Virus record (IMG/VR): IMGVR_UViG_3300045921_000146 | Span: 33,515-97,514 of that record | From: a virus | DNA length: 64,000 bases | Direction: 5' to 3' (one strand) | In this document: piece after piece, positions 27,343 through 33,980 of the stretch | Layout: each line of letters starts with the position of its first letter | Position numbering within the stretch: the stretch's first letter is position 1 | Notes under the pieces: model-generated | What the model saw: only the letters and a program-made list of their open reading frames with translations | Databases searched by the model: none | Told to the model about the DNA's origin: nothing | Translations under genes and position numbers: made by a program

Positions 27343-27369
27343 TTTAGGTTTTTTTGAGGCCGCCGATAA
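27343..27369 (+). promoter_or_regulatory. sigma28 (FliA)-type promoter
   Basis: TTTA-15 nt-GCCGATAA, overlapping a GGCGGCC/GGCCGCC hairpin. Confidence 0.6.
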
Positions 27370-27391
27370 GAAAATAACCAAGGGAGACAGT

Positions 27392-27652
27392 ATGCTTAAG
27401 CTTGACCATACCAAACTAAGTCACTATGACTTCACTGAAGACATGATTTTTACCGTGACTTTTACCAATTTTCAGCATAGATATATTGGTTTCGAGGTTG
27501 TATCATCTAACGCAATTGAAGCCTATTTAAATGCATTAGATAAGGCAAAAAATCATAATATGAATGAGTTTAAATGGGTTTTGGAATCTATTCATTTAAA
27601 AGATTCTGTAAAAAACTGCACTAATGAATTAAAAAAATACCAGACAGACTAA
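27392..27652 (+). CDS. hypothetical protein
   Basis: AAGGGAG RBS. Confidence 0.6.
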   Translation: MLKLDHTKLSHYDFTEDMIFTVTFTNFQHRYIGFEVVSSNAIEAYLNALDKAKNHNMNEFKWVLESIHLKDSVKNCTNELKKYQTD

Positions 27653-27676
27653 AGTAAACCACAATCAGACCGATAA
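27650..27676 (+). promoter_or_regulatory. sigma28 (FliA)-type promoter
   Basis: TAAA-15 nt-ACCGATAA. Confidence 0.65.
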
Positions 27677-27700
27677 GAACAAATAACCAAGGGAGAGAGC

Positions 27701-27889
27701 ATGATTGACTTAGATAAGTTACACAATATCGAATTGGACGGTGTATTTTTTTGGGACTACCCCGATTTTTGTGACGCATACATCGGGTATGCAGAGATTG
27801 ACGGCGTCCCATTGACTGAAGAGGAATTGAATGAGGTCAATGAAAACAGCCAATTCGTTTACGAACAAGTGATCAAAAAATTATACTAG
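27701..27889 (+). CDS. conserved small acidic phage protein
   Basis: DYPDFCDAYI..A..DG..LTEEEL motif. Confidence 0.7.
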   Translation: MIDLDKLHNIELDGVFFWDYPDFCDAYIGYAEIDGVPLTEEELNEVNENSQFVYEQVIKKLY

Positions 27890-27900
27890 GAGGAGGAATT

Positions 27901-28020
27901 ATGACTAGAATTGAGACTTTTATTATCGGTACTTTTATTATCTTTACTGCCTTTGTTATAAGTTATACAGCAAAGACCATACCAACTAAGGCTGAAATTA
28001 AAACCACTATAACTAAATAA
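27901..28020 (+). CDS. 39-aa membrane peptide
   Basis: Not in track; AGGAGGAGG RBS; MTRIETFIIGTFIIFTAFVISY... Confidence 0.5.
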   Translation: MTRIETFIIGTFIIFTAFVISYTAKTIPTKAEIKTTITK

Positions 28021-28030
28021 GGGAGACATT

Positions 28031-28276
28031 ATGCGCAAGATGAGAAACAAAGACGGCCACACCATTAATGTGATAGAGCATATCATTTTGAGAAATTTTT
28101 GGGAATATTATGTCACCGACCAGAATTATGGAGAAGGCCTTCAGTTTTGTCTAGTATTGGGCGACTATGAGGAGCTGGGAGACGTTTACTTGCCCGAGCT
28201 TAGTCCCTATATTGTGTCTAGGACCAAAAAACTGGCGTCCGTCATGCCAGCCCCTGGCTGGGAATGGGAGTCTTAA
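28031..28276 (+). CDS. DUF2958-like hypothetical protein
   Basis: WEYYVT...FCLVLGDYEELGDVYLPEL. Confidence 0.55.
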   Translation: MRKMRNKDGHTINVIEHIILRNFWEYYVTDQNYGEGLQFCLVLGDYEELGDVYLPELSPYIVSRTKKLASVMPAPGWEWES

Positions 28277-28355
28277 AATGAGACAAAGACTAGAATTGGC
28301 TCTATATATGGTATTGATTTTATTGATGATTTTAATTTTTTAATGGAGGATCATT

Positions 28356-28592
28356 ATGAGAATTATGACAATGACTGTAAAGTGCAGTGATATGTTTTAT
28401 TGCGACATAAAGGACGGAGATAAGTATCTTGTGGAAGGTTATGAGGGGTATGTCCCCGATTTTATGCCCGACGAACACTACGGGGATTATGTAGTCCTGG
28501 ACATTGACTTAGATTCAGGGCGAATCGTGAATTGGAGAACGGACTCCGCTTTTAAGTCAGACATTAAAAGATTCCTAGACAAGCACAAGTAA
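28356..28592 (+). CDS. conserved hypothetical phage protein
   Basis: GYVPDFMP...GDYVVLDID...G.IVNW. Confidence 0.65.
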   Translation: MRIMTMTVKCSDMFYCDIKDGDKYLVEGYEGYVPDFMPDEHYGDYVVLDIDLDSGRIVNWRTDSAFKSDIKRFLDKHK

Positions 28593-28599
28593 ACCTCTA

Positions 28600-28627
28600 A
28601 GGCCTCATAATTGAGGCCCTGTTTTTT
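28600..28627 (+). terminator. intrinsic terminator
   Basis: GGCCTCA-taat-TGAGGCC + T tract. Confidence 0.75.
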
Positions 28628-28820
28628 GTCGGCCAATCCGGTCTGAGTCTCAATATAAGCCACACTGTCAAATTAATATATTATGTATATAAGTTCTACA
28701 ATAGCCTAAGTAGCTGTATTTGTTGTGCTATTTTAAATAATTATCGTATTGGTACGAATAATGTAAATAAAATAAACACGTCTCAATCCGGTATAACTAG
28801 CAATTTCAGTCACTTATGAA

Positions 28821-28836
28821 TGGCATGGCTAATGCA
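28821..28836 (+). promoter_or_regulatory. sigma54-type promoter
   Basis: TGGCAT-GGCTA-ATGCA, preceded by IHF-like TTTCAGTCACTTA. Confidence 0.55.
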
Positions 28837-28867
28837 ATAGAGTATTGTGTAACAAGTGAGGGACAAG

Positions 28868-29017
28868 ATGAACAAGCAAGTAATCTACAGACCAAACAAA
28901 GGCGGACAAAACGGCTGGCTGGACGTATATGTAAACGGTAAACTGAAAATTAGTTTCACCGTTGACGCCGAGCAAGCTCAAGAAAAAATGGCCGCCATTA
29001 AAGAATTGTTGAAATAA
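28868..29017 (+). CDS. 49-aa hypothetical protein
   Basis: Not in track; GAGGG RBS; MNKQVIYRPNKGGQNGWLDV... Confidence 0.55.
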   Translation: MNKQVIYRPNKGGQNGWLDVYVNGKLKISFTVDAEQAQEKMAAIKELLK

Positions 29018-29021
29018 TTGC

Positions 29022-29048
29022 TTAAGTTATATTAAAAAAAACCGATAT
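29022..29048 (+). promoter_or_regulatory. sigma28 (FliA)-type promoter
   Basis: TTAA-15 nt-ACCGATAT. Confidence 0.55.
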
Positions 29049-29079
29049 AATAATAACAATAAAACAAAGGAGAGATGAG

Positions 29080-29298
29080 ATGAAAAAACAAGATGTATTT
29101 AAAAGACTAGAAGAAGAAGTGATTCGTTCCGGTAAAACTAAGGCTGAATTCATTGCAGAATTGGACAAATCAGCTAGACCAAAGGTCGGTTTGGCTTATG
29201 CTTTCGGCTTAGTTACAGCGGCTTATACAGGTACGTTTAATAATGAGACTGTTTGTCGGTATATCAGAGAATGGAAAAAATCAGGCCGAGTGTCTTAA
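29080..29298 (+). CDS. hypothetical protein
   Basis: AAGGAG RBS. Confidence 0.6.
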   Translation: MKKQDVFKRLEEEVIRSGKTKAEFIAELDKSARPKVGLAYAFGLVTAAYTGTFNNETVCRYIREWKKSGRVS

Positions 29299-29482
29299 TA
29301 CAAGACGCTTGGTTGGTCGGGTGCCCCTACTCCCCCCAAAGGGGGGACCCGTACCATTTCGATACGCCCACAATAACCAGAGGGACACAGACCTTAAAAT
29401 TAAAAATCAAAAAACTAACACCACTACCACTTATACCACTTCAATTACAACGAACACAATTAGCCGTAGTTCAATTTAAACC

Positions 29483-29812
29483 TCAAGGGGTATGGTCAGG
29501 TATAGGGTCGGGCTTAAAAACCAACCTGAGCCCTTTTAAAGGGGCGACTTTGTGTTGACTCCCGTACAGGATCATCTCAGTTTTAGTTATAGGCTTAACT
29601 AAACTAATAGGCCAACTATCGTAAGTATTTGTTTTTATTTGTATTATATCTCCGTAGTGAGTTAGTACTGTATATACGCCTTTAAATACGTCTAGTATTA
29701 TTTCTACTCCTACTATCTTTCCTTTTAAAGTTAAACCTAGTACTTGGCCTCGTACGAACTTAGGGGGGGAGTCGGAAGGGGGGTGCTTTAATTTTTCGTT
29801 TTTATTTTTCAT
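29483..29812 (-). CDS. small beta-rich protein with ILYG motif
   Basis: KFVRGQVL...EMILYGS. Confidence 0.55.
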   Translation of the reverse strand: MKNKNEKLKHPPSDSPPKFVRGQVLGLTLKGKIVGVEIILDVFKGVYTVLTHYGDIIQIKTNTYDSWPISLVKPITKTEMILYGSQHKVAPLKGLRLVFKPDPIPDHTP

Positions 29813-29835
29813 CTAGTTCTAAAATTTTAAAAAAA

Positions 29836-30063
29836 TTATTTTTCGGGGTTGCTGTATAGTATTTCAGCTACTGGGTCTACTATTTTAAATCTTTTACTAT
29901 GTATTCTACTAGTACCTACGGTGTAAGTTCTACCTGTGCCTAAGTTTTTTACGTGGTAGCCTATCAAGTATTTGTCTACGTAGTGGTGCCCTGTTATTTG
30001 GTATTCGTACATGGACGTCTTCAAAATCAAACCTACGGGGTATCGGCTAAAGTTTGGGGGCAT
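29836..30063 (-). CDS. small beta-rich protein, C-terminal ILYS motif
   Basis: RYPVGLIL...AEILYSNPEK. Confidence 0.6.
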   Translation of the reverse strand: MPPNFSRYPVGLILKTSMYEYQITGHHYVDKYLIGYHVKNLGTGRTYTVGTSRIHSKRFKIVDPVAEILYSNPEK

Positions 30064-30073
30064 CGTTAAGCCT

Positions 30074-30352
30074 TTAGTCCTCGTCAGGTTGACTTAATTG
30101 GTTTAAGTGTTCTTTTTTTACGTACAAGGTAATTTCTGCTTGAGTCAAGGGTCTAGTTTTAAGGGTAGTTTCTTTTATTGGGAATATTTTGTTCATGGTC
30201 ATTATACTTAGTATTGTAGTTACTGTTTCGTCGTCTACTACTACGAATTCTAATTTTAGTCCTTCTGGTAGTACTTCTACTACCTTACAATAGGTGAACC
30301 CCTTCTCCCCAGGATTTATGGCCGTACGTAGGTCTCCTACCTTAAAGCTCAC
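30074..30352 (-). CDS. small beta-rich protein, TLYV motif
   Basis: FKVGDL...PLTQAEITLYV. Confidence 0.6.
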   Translation of the reverse strand: MSFKVGDLRTAINPGEKGFTYCKVVEVLPEGLKLEFVVVDDETVTTILSIMTMNKIFPIKETTLKTRPLTQAEITLYVKKEHLNQLSQPDED

Positions 30353-30618
30353 TTAGCCTCCGGCCCGTACAGGATAAGTTCAGCGTCAGTAGCCTTTCTA
30401 AACATAGTGTGTACTAAGGCGGTAGCCAATTCTGTACCTACTCCTTGGTAAACCAAACCTGGGTAGGCTACGACGTACCTAGGGACTGGTAGGGTAAATT
30501 TGTCTGTAGGTTGAGGTACGTAGGTAGTCTTTAATACAGTTACCATGAACTCTACGTTTTCTACGTGTACTAGTACGTCTCCAGCTTTAAATAGGAAGTC
30601 AGGGTGCTTTACTTGCAC
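30349..30618 (-). CDS. small beta-rich protein, C-terminal ILYG motif
   Basis: FKAGDVL...ATDAELILYGPEAK. Confidence 0.6.
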   Translation of the reverse strand: MQVKHPDFLFKAGDVLVHVENVEFMVTVLKTTYVPQPTDKFTLPVPRYVVAYPGLVYQGVGTELATALVHTMFRKATDAELILYGPEAK

Positions 30619-30723
30619 GTTGTGGTGCCTCTAAGGGTTGTAGGCCCGGTAGGGAGCAAGGCTTTAACCCGGCGTCGGGGTAGCGCCAGCTCCCTGAAGT
30701 AATGGCCTGAGTACGTTTGAGTG

Positions 30724-31080
30724 TTATTGGCCATTGCGCCGTTCTCTCGATAAAGTAGGGGGAGGGCCGTAAAGGGTGGCAAACGCAGGAGGTACTTCGA
30801 CCAGTTGAAATTCGTAAATAAGACTTTCAAACGAAACTGTTTTAGTTTTTTTACTGCTACAGCTTTTAATTTTAAACCTTTGTTCTAAAGGTTCTCCGGA
30901 AAAGCTGTAGTACGAAAGGTTTTTAGCAAAATACACGTCTTTAATCTCCCAAACCACCCCAGAAGAGAGCCTCAACACTTTAAAATTTCCAGAGGGTCTA
31001 GTGTCAAAAACTCTTTGAAGGTATGCGGTGTAGGCTGCCAGATACGCTTTTAGTTCTTCTGAGTCAAAATAAGTAGGCAT
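30724..31080 (-). CDS. hypothetical protein, TLYG motif (start revised to MPTYF)
   Basis: ATG 31080 lies just after a -10 box; ...FATLYGPP. Confidence 0.55.
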   Translation of the reverse strand: MPTYFDSEELKAYLAAYTAYLQRVFDTRPSGNFKVLRLSSGVVWEIKDVYFAKNLSYYSFSGEPLEQRFKIKSCSSKKTKTVSFESLIYEFQLVEVPPAFATLYGPPPTLSRERRNGQ

Positions 31081-31086
31081 ACCTAA

Positions 31087-31131
31087 AGTATTACAAAACT
31101 TATTGACACCTGTCAACCCTTAAGTTATATT
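31087..31131. promoter_or_regulatory. overlapping divergent sigma70 promoters
   Basis: TTGACAccTGTCAA supplies both -35 boxes; plus -10 TATATT at 17 nt, minus -10 TAATAC/AATACT at 17-18 nt. Confidence 0.65.
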
Positions 31132-31137
31132 TTTTTT

Positions 31138-31332
31138 ATGACCCTAAAAATAGGCGCAGTTTACAGAAATGTGGAGGACTCAAGTTTGTGGGAACTCAAT
31201 AGGGTTCAAGGTAGTAGAGTTTATATTAATCTTTACAATACTTTACCTATGTATTCTATTAAAAGAGTCAGTTTAAAAACCTTTAAAGAAAAATACATAT
31301 TTGATAATATTTATAATATATTATATAAATAA
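31138..31332 (+). CDS. small protein, C-terminal ILYK
   Basis: LKIGAVYR...NILYK; probably leaderless. Confidence 0.55.
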   Translation: MTLKIGAVYRNVEDSSLWELNRVQGSRVYINLYNTLPMYSIKRVSLKTFKEKYIFDNIYNILYK

Positions 31333-31381
31333 TATAATTTATAATAAATATATTAATTATATATAAATAATATATTATATA

Positions 31382-31419
31382 AATAAGTAAAATATATTAT
31401 TAAATATATTTTACTTATT
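31382..31419. repeat. perfect 17-bp inverted repeat in an AT-rich island
   Basis: AATAAGTAAAATATATT-atta-AATATATTTTACTTATT. Confidence 0.9.
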
Positions 31420-31448
31420 ATATTAAATAAATATATACTTTATTAATA

Positions 31449-31476
31449 TTGACTTAATAAGTATATATTATATAAT
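31449..31476 (+). promoter_or_regulatory. sigma70-type promoter
   Basis: TTGACT-16 nt-TATAAT. Confidence 0.6.
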
Positions 31477-31482
31477 AGGCAA

Positions 31483-31743
31483 GTGATGAAAGTTAGAAAA
31501 TTACTAGATGAAGAGATAGAAAAACACGGTAAAGCCTTAATATTAATAAGGAATACCGTATTTTTAGTAGAAATTTATAGACCTTCAGTGCCCATATTAA
31601 ACATCCCAGTTGAGTATTTGATTAGCTATTTTGAGGAGGACGGAACTACTACCCCTAGTATGTATATTGAGGACTTGAGTTTATTTAGTGTGGAATTACA
31701 AGTACTTAGGTTAGACGTTATAAAAAAATTAATAAAAAAATAG
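31483..31743 (+). CDS. hypothetical protein
   Basis: Starts right after the -10 box. Confidence 0.55.
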   Translation: MMKVRKLLDEEIEKHGKALILIRNTVFLVEIYRPSVPILNIPVEYLISYFEEDGTTTPSMYIEDLSLFSVELQVLRLDVIKKLIKK

Positions 31744-31809
31744 GCTAAAAACCCGAAAAGAGTGCCTCCAATATATATAAGTGAGGGGCAAAAATTTCGG
31801 AGGCCAAGC

Positions 31810-32040
31810 ATGAAGCTGCGGTTTATAGAGTACCAGGGAGGTACTTACTTGATTATTGGCTATTCTTATTGTACTTTGTATAGTGACCCTGAATGTTATG
31901 TAGGCTTAGACATTAAGGACATTCAAAGTGTAAAAAGTTTATCCAGTGAAATATTAGGTAAAAATATACCGTTGGCGGCAGCAAAGGAAATTAAAGACCC
32001 TAAAAAACTACGAGTTCTAAGGATACTTTATGGAAAATAG
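31810..32040 (+). CDS. small protein, C-terminal ILYG motif (start revised to MKLRF)
   Basis: GGAGG RBS before ATG 31810; ends RILYGK. Confidence 0.6.
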   Translation: MKLRFIEYQGGTYLIIGYSYCTLYSDPECYVGLDIKDIQSVKSLSSEILGKNIPLAAAKEIKDPKKLRVLRILYGK

Positions 32041-32269
32041 CGCAGAAGCTAAAATTTACAGTTTAGACGAAGTAGTGCTATTTAGAGGCGAAGTGTATAT
32101 AGTAGCTGAAGTCCATATGTTAAATTGGTTCAGTAAAGACCCCTTTGTTTACGGACTTATAAACTATAAGCAACGAAAACAAAAAGAAGTACCCGACGTT
32201 TACGTACGATCTGAGTTTATTAAAAAAGCCTCAGAAGAAGACTTAGTAATGGTGCTATATGGGAAATAG
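32030..32269 (+). CDS. small beta-rich protein, C-terminal VLYG motif
   Basis: YSLDEVVLFRGEVYIV...MVLYGK. Confidence 0.6.
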   Translation: MENSAEAKIYSLDEVVLFRGEVYIVAEVHMLNWFSKDPFVYGLINYKQRKQKEVPDVYVRSEFIKKASEEDLVMVLYGK

Positions 32270-32576
32270 CCCTTTTATTAACACCTTTATAAACGCAGTT
32301 TTAGAGCGTTTGGTAGAAACTGACCAAGAATCTAAAAAGAAATTTGAAACGGGAGCTAGGTTATTTGATTTTGTGCCTGGGGATTACGTGCAATGCTCCT
32401 ACCGAAAAGGACTTTTTAAAGTTTACGGTATAAACAAAGATAAGCTTTTAGTGGTAGAGGTTACAGAACAGAAATTAAAAAATACTACTCAAGAAGTTTT
32501 AGAACTTAGCCCCAAGTTTGTTAAACTTAGCAATCTAGACTCAAATTGGGTTAAGGCTTTATACGATACAAAATAA
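32259..32576 (+). CDS. small protein, C-terminal ALYD motif
   Basis: FVPGDYVQ...WVKALYDTK. Confidence 0.6.
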   Translation: MGNSPFINTFINAVLERLVETDQESKKKFETGARLFDFVPGDYVQCSYRKGLFKVYGINKDKLLVVEVTEQKLKNTTQEVLELSPKFVKLSNLDSNWVKALYDTK

Positions 32577-32590
32577 TTAGAGGTACGAGT

Positions 32591-32893
32591 ATGTCGAAAA
32601 AAACTAAAGACATCTCGCTTTCTCAAGAGGAATTTGAAAAGCTCATGGTAGAGTTGTCAGAGTTTGACGAACAGTCGTTCGTAGCTTTGGCCGGAACAGA
32701 TCAATACGAGATCGTACCTACTGTTACTGAAGATGGGAAGGTGCTGAATAGTCAAGAGCTAAGTGTGATTAAACTTGAATGTGAAAAATTAGGTTTGACT
32801 TTGCTCTACAGAATTGACAAAAAAGACGGAGAAACTATTTTAGTTAATAGCGAGTCTGGAAAAACTATGGTATTAAAGGACGGGTTGCAGTAA
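32591..32893 (+). CDS. acidic hypothetical protein
   Basis: GAGG RBS. Confidence 0.6.
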   Translation: MSKKTKDISLSQEEFEKLMVELSEFDEQSFVALAGTDQYEIVPTVTEDGKVLNSQELSVIKLECEKLGLTLLYRIDKKDGETILVNSESGKTMVLKDGLQ

Positions 32894-32894
32894 T

Positions 32895-33100
32895 GATTAG
32901 TACGCCAAGTTTGGCAACACACTAAATTACCTCCCCTTCTCTAACCCTTAAGTGTTTCTCTGGTTCGTCCTGAACCCTTTAAGGGCTGAAACCCTGGATA
33001 GTTAAATACCAAGGGCATTAGGGCCTTTCTAGAGCCCTTTTACACCACTCTGTTCAAGTTGCGTGGTTGGCGAGCGGCATAAGCCGCTTTCGCCTTTTTT
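32895..33100 (+). ncRNA. candidate structured RNA or leader, ending in an intrinsic terminator
   Basis: Series of hairpins, the last GGCGAGCGGC-ataa-GCCGCTTTCGCC + T6. Confidence 0.35.
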
Positions 33101-33117
33101 ATTTTAGAGGAGAGAAT

Positions 33118-33378
33118 ATGGAAAGAATTAAATATACTTGCGCTAATTGTGGTTGGGAAACTTCAGTTATCGCTCAATGGAAAGACCTTAAACCTAAACG
33201 GTGCATGAACAAAAAGTGTAATGCTAGTTTTCTTAAAAACCCTGAAGCACTTTTATGCAAAGATCCAACAATTAAATCAGAAGTTGTTAAAAAACCTCAA
33301 AAAGAGGAAAAACATGAAAAAGCAGTCCACAAGCACAAAAAATTCAGCAAAGCTGACGAACAACAAACTGAAGAGTAA
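33118..33378 (+). CDS. Zn-ribbon protein (start revised to MERIK)
   Basis: CANC...C....C; GAGGAG RBS. Confidence 0.6.
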   Translation: MERIKYTCANCGWETSVIAQWKDLKPKRCMNKKCNASFLKNPEALLCKDPTIKSEVVKKPQKEEKHEKAVHKHKKFSKADEQQTEE

Positions 33379-33410
33379 AATTGTAACTGATATCGAAACA
33401 AAGGTGAGCC

Positions 33411-33977
33411 ATGTCGGACGAAAAGGAAAAAAAATACGAACATCTCGACCCAGCTCAAGCAGTAAAGGCAGAAAAAGCTGCAATTAAACTGGAAGCTATA
33501 CGAGCAGTAAAACAACTCCAAAACGGAGATTCTAAGTGGACCCTTACTCAAGAGTTACTTCAGGAAATACAAGCTGCTCATATCGTAGTTAATCCTGACA
33601 GTATGCCTTCTGCAGCTCAGTTGACAGAAGAACTTAAAAAAGAAATTGAAAATAGATATAAAGACGAAGAGGAAACTAAAGAATTACTTCTCAGCAGCGT
33701 ACCCTCAGCTAAGTCGGTTAGACAATGGTTAAAAAAAGACGGATGGGACGACGCTATTTGGAGTAAGATTAGAAGTGACCAATTATTTTCACCTGCAAAA
33801 CGGTCAGAGGTAATTAGAGCTTTACACGTACGAGCTGTAACTAAATCAGACGTGGCAGCTAAGATATACCTAACTCTTTCTGGAGATTACGTAGAAAAAT
33901 CTGAAGTTAACGATAGTACTGTAGATACTTTTAGAGAAATTCAGAAAATTTTGCATAAAAAAGATAAAAATGAGTAA
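33411..33977 (+). CDS. putative terminase small subunit
   Basis: Helical/HTH-like protein immediately upstream of TerL. Confidence 0.55.
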   Translation: MSDEKEKKYEHLDPAQAVKAEKAAIKLEAIRAVKQLQNGDSKWTLTQELLQEIQAAHIVVNPDSMPSAAQLTEELKKEIENRYKDEEETKELLLSSVPSAKSVRQWLKKDGWDDAIWSKIRSDQLFSPAKRSEVIRALHVRAVTKSDVAAKIYLTLSGDYVEKSEVNDSTVDTFREIQKILHKKDKNE

Positions 33978-33980
33978 ACT

